Assembly: GCA_951406725.2 (NCBI GenBank)
Contig: OX597818.1
Location: 10,664,001-10,728,000 of the forward strand
Direction: 5' to 3'
DNA from: Octopus vulgaris
Lineage: Eukaryota
Length of the DNA stretch: 64,000 nt
Numbering within the stretch: the first letter of the stretch is position 1; each line of letters begins with the position of its first letter. Of this stretch, positions 39,190 to 51,369 are shown one piece after another. A program made the translations under genes and the position numbers. The notes beneath the pieces were generated by a model that saw only the letters and a program-made list of their open reading frames with translations, did not search any database and had not been told where the DNA came from.

Positions 39190-41896
39190 TGATGGTGGTG
39201 GTGTGGGGTATTTAAATCAAAGTTAAAATGGAATGATAAAGTCTGACAAACATCAAGGAATGTTGATTCCTACACAGTAAAACATGTGATGGAATCTATT
39301 GGGAGTGGGGGCTGTGTCAGTATCATAGAGGTTTAGGGCTGTAAGAGCTTAAAAATGAAGAAACATAAGCATGCACACACATGTGAGTACATGTGCATCA
39401 TATCCATTCAAAATGTATCTCTATACATGTATATATACATATATAGTCACACACACACATATAAGCATAAATAATAACAGATATATGCATACATACATAT
39501 ATAAATATATATATATCTACTACATATGTATCGATGCATGTTTGTATATGTGTGCGTTTGTATATATACATATATATATATTTACATTTATATGTGTGTA
39601 TGTATATACACGCATATACTCTATTTGTATGCACACATTTCAGTGTTTAAAAGCAATTTTGATTTGTTGTTGTTCTGTCAAAGAAACATATATGAAACAA
39701 AATAATTAGAAAACAAAGAATTTCTTTGGTTTTGGTTTTGTAATTGCTGTTGTTGATGATGGAGGTGGTAGTGGTGGTGGCGGTGGTGGTGGTGGTGGTG
39801 GTGTGTAGCACTTGACAATAAAGGTGCTGGTGATGGTGGTTCTTGACGTGATTGCTATCCACTATCATAGTAATTTGTCTGGAAGATGACAATTGTCGTT
39901 GTTATTGTTTAGCCTTGAGTCCACTCTAATTGAGTAGGCCTATGATCAAAGACATTTCAGTCATGACTACCCCATCTTATGAGGAGAGAAGCCAGAGCAC
40001 AACATCCAACATGTCTTTTTCTACTATGGTAGTGTGTGATTTGAGGGAGATTTGATTGTTATTTCTAGCAATTCAAGTGACCATGTAGAATCTTCCCTGT
40101 TGGCTCATTGTGGCAGAGGGAATTGTGTTTCCAATATAGTTAACATTGTTATTATTATTCAGGCCCAGCTCAGCACTTATCAAGCAAACCTACATTTAAA
40201 AGCATTAAACTACAACCATCCTTTCTTTTATATGCAGTGTATAGAACTATAAAAAGGGATATAATGGCAGCACAGGGCTCAGTGGTTAGAGTGTCGGGCT
40301 CACAATCATGAAGTAGTGAGTTCGATTCTCAGACCAGGCTATATGTTATGTTCTTGAGCAAGACACTTTATTTCATGTTGCTCCAGTTCAGTCAGCTGTA
40401 GAAATGAGTTATGACTCACTGGTGACAAGCTATATCGGTCTTTGCCTTTCCCTTGGATAACACTGGTAGTGTGAAGAGGGGAGGCTAGCATGCATGGTCT
40501 TCTATAAATAATTTTGCTCAGACTTGTGCTTCAGAGGAGAAATTTCTAGGTGCAATCGCAAGGTCATTTATGACAGAAGGGAGTCCTTTTATAGAACAAT
40601 AAAACCTAACATTTCAAACTCTCAGGCTGTGTAGCATGATTTGAGCTAATTTGGTTGCTATTTCTAACAAGTACTGAGTAAAAGAAAGAAGTGTTATACT
40701 GTAGCAAAGGGTCTTCATACAGTATGCTTGAGTGGAGGTATTGGTTTAGCTAAGTGTGTATAGGTGCAGTATGTTTGCTGTGAAAAAGAAGTTTTTCACA
40801 ATTTCATGCCCAATAAAAACAAGAAAAAAAAAGATTTTGGAACCCACACCCTACCACAATTTTCCCAGTCCCCACTTGTGGGATGTATGCCCCACAGTGG
40901 AAATCACTGGGTTAAGCCATTAACTTTTGCTCTTCAGTCTAAACTGGATAAACATTCTCCTAGAGAATTAAGCACCTTGATTTTGTATCACAGTTTACTG
41001 CCTTCATTATAACAAGGGCTCTAATACTTGAAGAATTGATGCCTTATCTTGAGTTCATGTTGATTTTTTGCACTCCAGTGATTCCACTGAGTTGTAAAAG
41101 GAAAAAAAAATTGCTATGGATGAAGAATCAGATGAAGAATTTCTGCAACTAAAGAACTGTATGTCATCTTTAAAATTTTCTTCTTCCTCTTCTGGATTCC
41201 TTAAAGCATATTTGGTGTGATATTTCTACCAGCTATGAACGACCTTTTATACCTGATAAGGAGACATTCAGTTTTCTTCTTTTCTACTCTTCATCATTTA
41301 TCTCACTCTATTGACAAAATAACAAAGGCTTACATTGCTGCAGATACATCTAATGAATGAACATCTTCACACACAAAAACCCTGTGTGATAGGGTAATTC
41401 ATGTATTCATAATTATGTGTTCATTTCTTTCTTGTGTATTGTTGGTAGTGCTGCTGGGTGTAGCAGTGTCTGTGATGATGGTGTTTGTAGTGGTAGTGCA
41501 GATGCTGGTGGTATTTAAACCAAAGATAAAATGGAATGATAAAGTCTGACAAATATGGAGTAACGGTGATCCCATCTCCATGTTAAAACATATAATGGAA
41601 TCCATTGAGAGTGAGAGCTGTGTTCAGGGCTGTTATCATCGTAAAACTAAACAAACACAGGATTAGACACACTCATACACTCATGAGACCTATGTTTACC
41701 AGAGTTCAAAATGTGAATAAATGCTACACATACACACACATACTTATGTATATGTTCGTGGACATATGTGTGTATAAGTGCATATTTATTTGTAAATACA
41801 TATACATACATACATGTGTCACATACCTATGTATGTATATAGTTATGTATGTGCACTTAAACTCTTAGGCCTTGAAACATTAATATAGCTTCACTG

Positions 41897-41951
<55 letters not shown>

Positions 41952-41980
41952 TTATCTATCTATATATGTATGTATGTATC

Positions 41981-42012
<32 letters not shown>

Positions 42013-42018
42013 CATGTG

Positions 42019-42055
<37 letters not shown>

Positions 42056-42540
42056 GCACATTATATATATAATCTTTTTACTGTGTGTGCACTTGTGTTT
42101 GTCAAAAAGCAATTTTGATTTGGTTGGTGATGTTTTTCTGTCAATGAAATGCAAATGAAACCAAGCAAAATAACTGATAAACAAAGAATTTCCTTCGTTG
42201 TTGTCTTTGTTACTTGTGTCTTGTTTGTGTCATACAGTACTTGATTGAACTGGCACTTGTGGTTCCGATTGATATGGTGTCTGTGATAGCAGTAATTTGT
42301 ATGAAATATCACATTATTGTAGTTGCAATCATATAACTTCATGTCTGCTAAAAATGAACTGACCTTTGGTCAAACACTATATAGTTGTGACCATCTCATC
42401 TTTTTGTTATGCATAGAGAAGCCCAGAGTTCATTACCCAATGTGTCTTTTTCTTTTTTCTAAGATAGAAAGATGTAAATTGAGAGTGATTTTGTTGCTAT
42501 TTCTAGCACTTTGGGTACATAAGACCTCCTTTCTTAGCAT
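39190..42540. repeat. Old local direct duplication (~39190-40110 versus ~41490-42540)
   Basis: Colinear blocks in both units: gtatttaaa.caaag.taaaatggaatgataaagtctgacaaa; atggaatc.attg.gagtg; aaaagcaattttgattt...aaacaaagaatttc; agtaatttgt; then a family-F copy. Confidence 0.8.
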
Positions 42541-42971
42541 ATTTCGGTGGTGATATTGTTAATGCTGAAGGGTGTTTGTGACTTTTTTTTATCCCTCATT
42601 TAGCTTCGAGTCAGTAATAATCAAGCAGATCTATAATTAATGGAGTTTCTATCATGACCATCCTGTCTTTTATTCAAACAATGCATCTAAGGCATTTTAT
42701 GCAATGTGCCTTACATTATTTTAAAGACGGTAGAGAAAATAACTAAAAGAGGCCAGTGGCATGAATTTGAATTGCAAAGCCAACGAGGAGTGTTCTTGAA
42801 TGCTGTTCATGCTAAATTCTTAATTTATAAAAATTTCCCATGTGGGCCAAAAAGGAAAACAAAACCTAGCAATAATAATTCTTAGGAACTTTGAATGAGG
42901 AGTGATAATTGCATGAAACTAGATATTCATGGCTGAATTAATAGGCTTTAAAGATAACGGACCATCGGCCT

Positions 42972-43039
<68 letters not shown>

Positions 43040-43227
43040 TATCTATTTATCTATCTATCTACCTATCCATCTTTCTATCTATCTATTTATATATATATAT
43101 ATCCTTCTTTGAACACCGAATTCTTAATCAAGTCTGACAGATTCCACCCTAGTCAAAGTTTGTGCACAGCAGATTTCTTCTTGAGAGAAAGAGACAGGAA
43201 TATAGAGATAGACAGAGAGAAATGATG

Positions 43228-43265
<38 letters not shown>

Positions 43266-43484
43266 TTATGCTATAGGTTCAAGGCACAAAGCCTGAAATT
43301 AGTGGGGAGGGATCTACTCAATTACATCAATACAACTGCTGAACTGATATTCATTTCATTGACCCCCGAAAGGATGAAAGGCAAAGTCAACCCCAGTGGA
43401 GTTTGAACTCAGAATGTAATGAGCCAGAAGAAATGCCACCAAGCATTTTGATTGATGTGCTAATGATTCTGCTAGCTCACTGCC

Positions 43485-43535
<51 letters not shown>

Positions 43536-43724
43536 TACTATATTTATTGATCCCAAAATTGACCTCAACAGGGGTTGAACTCAAAGTACCGAGAGTCAGA
43601 AGAAAACTGACTTTACCAACTCTCTTTATATAATATACATAGGGAAACAAATAAGCAGAGTAAAATGGCTGAACAGGACAAGGAAAACACTAATGTCTGC
43701 GTGTGGGGAGGGGGGTTATTTATG

Positions 43725-43764
<40 letters not shown>

Positions 43765-43810
43765 AAGGCATCAAGCTTACAATCATCAAGTTGTGTGTTC
43801 AATTATTGGA

Positions 43811-44204
43811 ATGAGCTGGCAGAAACGTAAGCATGCCAGGCGAAATGCTTAGCAGTATTTCATCTGTCGCTACGTTCTGAGTTTAAATTTCGCCGAGGTC
43901 GACTTTGCCTTTCATCCTTTTGGGGTCGATTAAATAAGTACTAGTTATGCACTGGGGTCGATATAATCGACTTAATCCGTTTGTCTGTCCTTGTTTGTCC
44001 TCTCTATTGTTTAGCCCTTTGTGGGTAGTAAAGAAATAGGTATTTCATCTGCCTTTACGTTTTGAGTTCAAATTCCGCCGAGGTTGACTTTGCCTTTCAT
44101 CCTTTCAGGGTCGATAAATTAAGTACCAGTTGCATACTGGGGTCAATCTAATCGACTGTCCCCCCTCCCTCAAAATTTTGGGCCTTGTGCCTAGAGTATA
44201 AAAG
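43811..44204 (+). mobile_element. Dimeric family-A SINE inserted with 9-bp TSD into a family-D SINE (43765-43810 + 44205-44483)
   Basis: TSD attattgga at 43802-43810 and 44205-44213. Two tandem cores with different 3' tails. Confidence 0.85.
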
Positions 44205-45892
44205 ATTATTGGACTGAGCTATATGTTCTGTTCTTGAGCAAAACACTTTATTTCACATTGCTCCAGTTCACTCAGCCATAGAAATGAGTCGCGATCACTG
44301 GTACCAAGCTGTATTATCTTTTGCCTTTCCCTTGGACAGCATCAGTGATGTAGAGAAGGGATATTGGTATGCATGGATGACTGCTGGGCTTCCACGAACA
44401 GCATTGCCTGGAATTATGCCTCAGAGGGAAACTTTCTAGGTGTTATCCCATTGTTATTTGTGACCAAAGGATGTGTTACCCTTATATATATGTACATCCT
44501 TTCATCTATGATAGACTAGGGTTTGACTGCTTTTCTTAGTATGTTTGTAGAGTTTTTTAAAAAACCTACATGGGAGAACATATTTGTTTATGAAATCATA
44601 AGACAAAAACAAAACAAATTTTTGAGAATATGCAAAAAGCAAAACGAAACAAAGAAAAAATTTCATATGACAATTAAGATCTTACAACCTAAGAAAAATA
44701 GTGCAACAGAAAATTGTTGATAGAGAAAGAAACAGGACGAGTAATGGGGGATATTGAAAGGACAGCTAGGGTCTTTTGACTATTGAAAAGCAGAAAAGAT
44801 AAATAGACAGTGTGCATATCAGTAATGTGGAATGAAAAGGAAATAGATGTAGATAGAAGTCCTTCAACAAAAGAGACAAAAAAGATGCTTGGAATGAGGT
44901 GAGTAAAAGGATGGATAACACTGAAGAGAGGGAGAGAGTGTACATGTAGAAAGGAGGATTGTAGGAGGTGAGCAAAAGGCATTGTGGGATGGAAGAAACA
45001 ACTAACAAAAACAGCAAAGAGAGAGAGAAAAACAATGAACAAGTAGTGAGGAAGGAAATGAGAGAGAAAGATATTGATGTGTGTGTTTGTGCAAGCATGC
45101 ATGTGCATTTGTTCATTTGTGTATATGTATGCGTAAAGGCATGTATATGTGAATTAGCAGAATCCTTGACAGCAACAACAAGCAACAACTTGATGAAAGT
45201 GAAACAAAGAATATAAAATACTGAGCATGAGAAATAGAAAATAGTTTTGTTTTTTTTGGGTTTTTTTACCTCAAGCAATGAGTGTGTGCATGTATGTTTA
45301 TTTATGTGCGTGTGAGTGTGATACTCAGAAAGGAGAGGAGAGAGAGAGAGAAAGAGAGAAAGCAAATAAGGAAGAAAATTTGTGACTGAGATATAGGCAG
45401 TGGTAGAATTCATGTATGTGTTATTAGTGTATGTTTTTGTGTACATGTGTTTGTGATATACCTGTGTGTCTGGTTGTCTCAATATGTGTAGATGTCTTTC
45501 TTAGTGTATGTGTGTGTGTGTGTATGTGTGTGTGTGTGTGCACGTATTTCTGTCTATATCTTTGTATGTACATATGAACATCTACGTTGGTCCGTTTTTT
45601 TGGGGGTTTTTTTTGAGTTTTTTTGTGTATGTGTGTGGTGTATCTGTCTATGTTTTAGAATGTAAAGAGAATCTAGGAGAATTTAATAGAAAATACCAAA
45701 CACTGCAGCCTTAACAGAGGAATTTAGAAGATTGCAGTAGAAGCACTACTGGAAATATATAGATGTTATCAACACTGGCTGATATCCAGAATATTTCACT
45801 GACTGTTTCACATTTGATGCATGTGTATGAGTGTGCACGTTTCAAGGAAGATATATACATATATATAAACACACACACACACTTATATATAT

Positions 45893-46277
45893 TCTTTTAT
45901 TTGTTTCCTTCATTTTGATTGTGGTCATGCTGGAGCACTACCTTGAAGGGTTTTAGTTAAACAAATCAACCTGAGGACTTATTTTGACTTATTCTTTTTT
46001 TAAACCTGGTACTTATTCTGTCAGTCTCTTTTGCTGAACTGCTAAGTAATGGGACATAAACACACCAACACCGGTTCTCAAGCAGTGATGGGACAAACAC
46101 AAAGACACACACACACATATACACATACATACATACAACAAGCTTCTTTTGGTTTCCTTCTACCAAACCAGCTCACAAGGCTTTGATCAGCCCAAGGCTA
46201 TAGTAGATGGCACTTGCCCAAGAACCCTGGACCATATGGTTGGGAAGCAAGCTTCTTACTACACAGCCACACCTGCA
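45893..46277 (-). mobile_element. Family-B SINE
   Basis: Reverse complement of the 26009-26430 family along its length. Confidence 0.85.
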
Positions 46278-46609
46278 CCAATATATATGTGTGTATATAT
46301 ATATATATGATCTACAGGAAAATTTTACTATTTCGGACCCACTCCCAGAGAATTGTCGATACACTAAATTCATGTTGCAAGATAATGCATGATTAATTCA
46401 AAACAATGTGGTTAAATAAGCATCATATTTGATAGAGTGATCTGAATGATACAAGGTTAATTACTGTTTAGAACCTTGAATGCTAAAAGTAAATTCTACA
46501 AACAGGATGTCCAACCAACTTGATGAAACAGTGATTTTTCCAGGTGACAAAGTAGAAATTACTGAACACTGCAGAAGCCAAATTCATCACTACTAATTCA
46601 AAGAAGCAG

Positions 46610-46950
46610 GCACCTACAGGCCAAATTATAGCTCTAGATGAAAAGAGCATCTATACTTTCAGAAAACCCTCCTCCACTGCTAATTAGGTCACCTAGGTAG
46701 TAGAGACTATTCACTATATCTAAGGACCCTCTTGGGCATTCAAGAAAATCTGTTTTCTGTGTAATCTTGGTTTCTATTCCTCCTGTGTGTGTCTCATACA
46801 AAGTCTATTTTTAAGTGATTCCACTGAACTTCTTATATGTTAACAGTTTGCAGTAGGTACACTGTATGGGGTTTCTTCCTAGACAATGTTCATAATGAAG
46901 AGGGTTATTTACTCAAAGGTATTAGGGTCTGGTCTGTCTGCTTGCTTTAT
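46610..46950 (-). mobile_element. RTE LINE fragment (PHD/RT motif-7 region)
   Basis: Minus translation DIVNSLYYLGDLISSGGG, homologous to EIVDSFCYLGDQVNSGGG at ~16750. Confidence 0.7.
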
Positions 46951-47730
46951 ATGTACATTTATTTACATGTACATGTGTATGTATGTATATGAACATGTAT
47001 ACATATTTATAGGTATATGTTTATATATTTATAACCTGGTGCAAGATTCTGGCAATGCCAGTTTCTGTCAAGTCATCCAACCCATGCCAACACGGAAAAT
47101 GGACATTAAATTTTAATGATGATGATGATTATAATGGTGGTGTGTATATATGTTTGTATATGCGTGTGTGCGTGTATGCATATTTGTATATAAATTGTAT
47201 ATACATGTATATGTATATATGTAAGTAAATACACACACACAAACACACACACATACACACACATACACACACACATACATACAAAGAGAGAGAGAAAGAA
47301 AGAGGGAGCTACATTTACAATTATCCATATATCATTTTTCAGAATACGTCAAGAAATACATTCTGAGGCAAGAATTTATCAGAATGCTCAATTTACTAAT
47401 GTTAAGAGTTTTACATCATGCACACAAACCAAATCAAAAATACAATTTGACTCCTAAACAAATCCCAAAATATATCACTATAGTGCATTTTATGATGTGT
47501 TTTGTAAGATGATATAATGACAGCTTTAAAAACAGTGGTGGCAATGCTTGTTGATGCATTTTGTGTTCTAGTATGGTGCTTAAATGGAAAACACATGAAA
47601 AGTTATGAAATTTCACTGAATTTTGATACTTTGCAACTTTATTGCCATGAAATTTACATTAAATATATAAATATATTTAGTTTTTGGCTTTGGTTTGCAA
47701 GATTCTTTATATGAGTTCGTGTGTTGAAGC

Positions 47731-47973
47731 ATATTCTGTTGTGTCTGGGGAGAGTCATTTTCTTTTTGTGCCTTATAATTTAACACAATAACCAGCAAAA
47801 TTTCTACTTATTTCTTATTTCTATTTTCCTAAAATTTTCGTTGCATCTTGCAACCTTTTCAATAGTCTTGACTCTCAGAGTCAACCTTGCCAGACGCAAC
47901 AAATTTTACCGGTGAGTGTGTTAAATTATAAGGTACAAAAAGAAAATGACTCTCCTCAGACACAACAGAATAT
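47731..47973. mobile_element. Fold-back element centred on ttgactct-c-agagtcaa (47868-47884); right arm has internal deletions
   Basis: atattctgttgtgtctggggagagtcattttctttttgtgccttataatttaacaca is the reverse complement of tgtgttaaattataaggtacaaaaagaaaatgactctcctcagacacaacagaatat. Confidence 0.85.
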
Positions 47974-47993
47974 ATAAATATACATATATATAT

Positions 47994-48024
<31 letters not shown>

Positions 48025-48081
48025 TATATAATATACATGCACATACATATATGTGCATATATTTTTAAATGTGTATATGTG

Positions 48082-48127
48082 TACATCTGATGATGGATTA
48101 ACTAATTGAAACTTTGAAGTCACTGTC
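48082..48127 (+). ncRNA. Hammerhead ribozyme-like motif with GUC triplet
   Basis: CTGATGA (48087-48093)-tggattaactaatt-GAAA (48108-48111)-ctttgaag-TC-actgtc. Stem III CUU/AAG; stems I and II partly eroded. Confidence 0.6.
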
Positions 48128-48724
48128 AACAACATTCTTGTTTAATAATAATAAATTTGTACTCTACAAAAGTATAGAGTAGCCCACCAGGTTAATGTCA
48201 AATTATTTCTATTATAACAACACAAAAAACAAACATTATCATATATACATATATACTCACCAAGCAAATTGCATAGCAGCGTTTCATATATATATATATA
48301 CACACACCTGTTTCTGTCTCACTGTCACACTCTAATCTTTCATCACCTGACGCAAGATCACCTCCTCCAATGCCCCCTCCCCTCTCAAAGGATCTTTGTC
48401 TTGCAGGTTACTTGGTGACTCTGCCAGTGCTGGTGCCATGTAAAAAGCATCCAGACCACACTGTAAAGTGGTTGACCTTTGGAAGGGCACCCAGCTGTAA
48501 AAACCATGCCAAATCTGACCTTGCCTGTATCCTATGCCATGTAAAAAGCACTCAGTCCATTCTGCAAGATGGTTGGGGTTAGGAAGGGCATCCAGCCATA
48601 AAAACCATGCCAAAACATACACAGAAACTTGATGCAGTCTTCTACCTGACCAGGTCCTCTCAAGCCATCCACCCCATACCAGCATGGATGATGGACGTTA
48701 AACTATGATGACAATACATACATA

Positions 48725-48782
<58 letters not shown>

Positions 48783-48784
<2 letters not shown>

Positions 48785-48915
48785 TAAGAGAAATAACCTT
48801 TATGAAGTAATTCAATAGTGGAGGTTATTTCTCTTAATAACCTTAATATAATATATATTGTGAAATTTGATTTAGAATTGCTAATTTGAATTTTTCCCTG
48901 TAAGTTTGGAATTAT
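48783..48915. mobile_element. Small fold-back element between microsatellites
   Basis: 17-bp perfect inverted repeat attaagagaaataacct / aggttatttctcttaat. The motif resembles the outer ends of 52049-52358 and 19240-19272. Confidence 0.6.
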
Positions 48916-48916
48916 A

Positions 48917-49009
<93 letters not shown>

Positions 49010-49146
49010 TATATATTATTTTGTTTACAGGAAACATTTTGAATATACAAATAAAGCTCCTAATCCATTATTCCAGGCACAGTCTAAAGATGCTGACTAG
49101 TGAACCTGTTTTTTGGGATAGCATCGATATAATGTAGGATAAATAT

Positions 49147-49260
49147 AGTAACAATAACAATAATCCTTAGATGGAATTTATAAACATTGAATGCATTGCT
49201 ATGCATGTAGTGATGCATTCAGTGTGTATAAATTCCATCAATGGATTATTGTTATTATTG
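49147..49260. repeat. ~55-bp-arm imperfect palindrome
   Basis: aataacaataatccttagatggaatttataaacattgaatgcattgcta / tagtgatgcattcagtgtgtataaattccatcaatggattattgttatt. Confidence 0.85.
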
Positions 49261-49672
49261 TGTGTATGTGTATGTGTGTGTTTCATAATTGTCTTTAACA
49301 TGTGCTAAATGTATCATCATCATCTTCATCATCATCATCATCATCATCATCGTTTAATGTCTGCTTTCCATGCTAGCATCAGCAAATAGACTTGTATTTG
49401 CATATAAGTCACAGAGCAGCGATTCACTTCTTTTCAAGATGATCCATGTGCATAATATTGATATGCCACAATAATGGCGAAATATCGGTATCTACCATTC
49501 TCAACGATACCAAGATGAGCTGTCCCACCTGGTCTGTGGCATTCTGATGTTCACAATGTCACAGACCAGGCAAGACAAGCTCCCCCAGTATTGCATTGGG
49601 AACTTTTCTTGGACCCATCTCACAGCAAATTTGGTGTATAAACCAAACACATACACTATGTATGAGTGACCG

Positions 49673-49712
<40 letters not shown>

Positions 49713-49939
49713 CTTTTACTTATTTCAGTCATTGGACAGTGGTCATGCTGGGGCACTACATTGAAGTGGACTATTACCCCAGCAATTATTTTTTCAAGCT
49801 TAGTTTACTGGTCTCTTTTGCTGAACTGCTTAGTTACAGTGTTATCAACAAACCAATACCATTTGTCAAGCAGTAGTGAGGGACAAACACAATCAGAAAG
49901 ACACACACAAATATATATCATCATCCCCATCATATTCAT

Positions 49940-50445
49940 CATCAATCTCTATGCAGGCATGAGTTGGACGGTTTGACAGGAGGTGACCAGCCAAAGAGCT
50001 GTCCAGGTTCCAATTGTCTGATTTGCTATGGTGTCTACAGCAGGATGCTCTTCCTAACACCAACCACTTTACTAAGTGCACTGGGTGCTTTTTATATGTC
50101 ACCAGCACAGGTGTTACATATGTGGAACTGGCACAAGTGCCTTATATGTGGTACCAGCACAGGTGCTTTCTAAGTGGCACCAACACCAGGTGTTTTTATG
50201 TGGTACCAGCACAGGAGCTTTTTACATGCCATCGGCATGGGTGCTTCTTACATAACAACTGCAAGGGTGCTTTTTATGTGCCACTGGTACCCAGGAGCCT
50301 GATGGACAAGGATCTCTCAGCTAGCAGAAGTTCATGTCTGCATGTAGAGATGGCCACAGTTTTACATAGCTTGACATGTCTTCTCAAGCACAGGAAATCC
50401 CTAAAGCCTTGGTCCCTTGTTTCCTCCTCAGTGAGACCTATACAT
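49940..50445 (-). mobile_element. RTE LINE 3' end / family-C with an expanded ~30-bp minisatellite (50080-50290)
   Basis: About seven units of cacaggtgcttttta.gtggcaccag. Minus ORF LTEEETRDQGFRDFLCLRR is the end of ORF2. Confidence 0.8.
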
Positions 50446-50459
50446 ATATATAGTCTCAC

Positions 50460-50890
50460 TGCAACTGTCAAAATCCTACCACCGGTCCCCTAGGCAGATT
50501 CTACCTCTCAAGAGCTATAGTATATAGAACCACCCTTACCCCATCCAATGGCATTACTAGGCACTATACGGGTATGACAGCCAATGATTTCAAGGGAAGA
50601 TATCCTAGAATTTGCATTCATTTAGATCCAGGAATAGATAGAACTCCACTTTCCTGTTACGCTTTCTCTGGAGACTTCATGACCTCCAACATGAAACACC
50701 CAGCATCAAGTGGACTATTATCGACAGGGCATCACTATACTCACCCAGCCCCCTCCCCTAATTGTTAGCTGTGCCTCCCAAAAAAACTGCATATCGTCTA
50801 CCAACCCACAGTATCCATCAATAAGAAATATGAGGTATTGTATTGCTGTCACCAGAGGTACACCCTTCTGGTAAATTTTAATGCCACTGG
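50460..50890 (+). mobile_element. Penelope-like element GIY-YIG endonuclease relic (Neptune-type pattern)
   Basis: With two frameshifts: CNCQNPTTGPLGRFYLSRAIVYRTT / TRHYTGMTANDFKGRY / NLHSFRSRNR*NSTFLLRFLWRLHD...IKWTIIDRASLY...C*LCLPKKLHI...INKKYEVLYCCHQR. This matches CNC..CPL.G.CL..IVY...YIGMT..FK.R..H..SF..NST.LS..W...I.W.I....C.LCL.EK..I..LNK. Confidence 0.85.
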
Positions 50891-51369
50891 CTGCCAACAA
50901 CCCGGCTATACTACCTTAATACCAGCCACCCCTAGCACCACCTGTTCCAAGTGCACCATCGCAAATTAACCCCCATGAACAGTACTGCAAATCCCCAATC
51001 CCCAACACTTCTCCATGCCTGTCTATCTGTATACTCTCACCCCTTGTGCATGACCACATGAGTATATGTGTGTGACTACACATATGCATCTGCTTACTGT
51101 ATACATGCACACAGGTGTGTGTACATGAGCACACATGTGTACCTGTACATGTGCATGTATGTACACATGCACAACTCTGCATATATACATGGAAATAAAG
51201 GTGTGCATGCATGTTTGTGGTGTGCATGTGTGTGTGTATATGTGTGCATGAATATATGTGTGTGTGTGCAGATGTGTGAATGTACATCTAAGCACACATA
51301 AACATTTGTATAAGTACAGATGCATACACACAGATATATGGGCATATACATGTACATATATACATATAT

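Noticed and set aside
50080-50290. CRISPR-like repeat/spacer appearance
   Set aside because: Eukaryotic context, degenerate units, homologous rather than unique spacers, and no cas genes; it is a minisatellite in a LINE 3' UTR.
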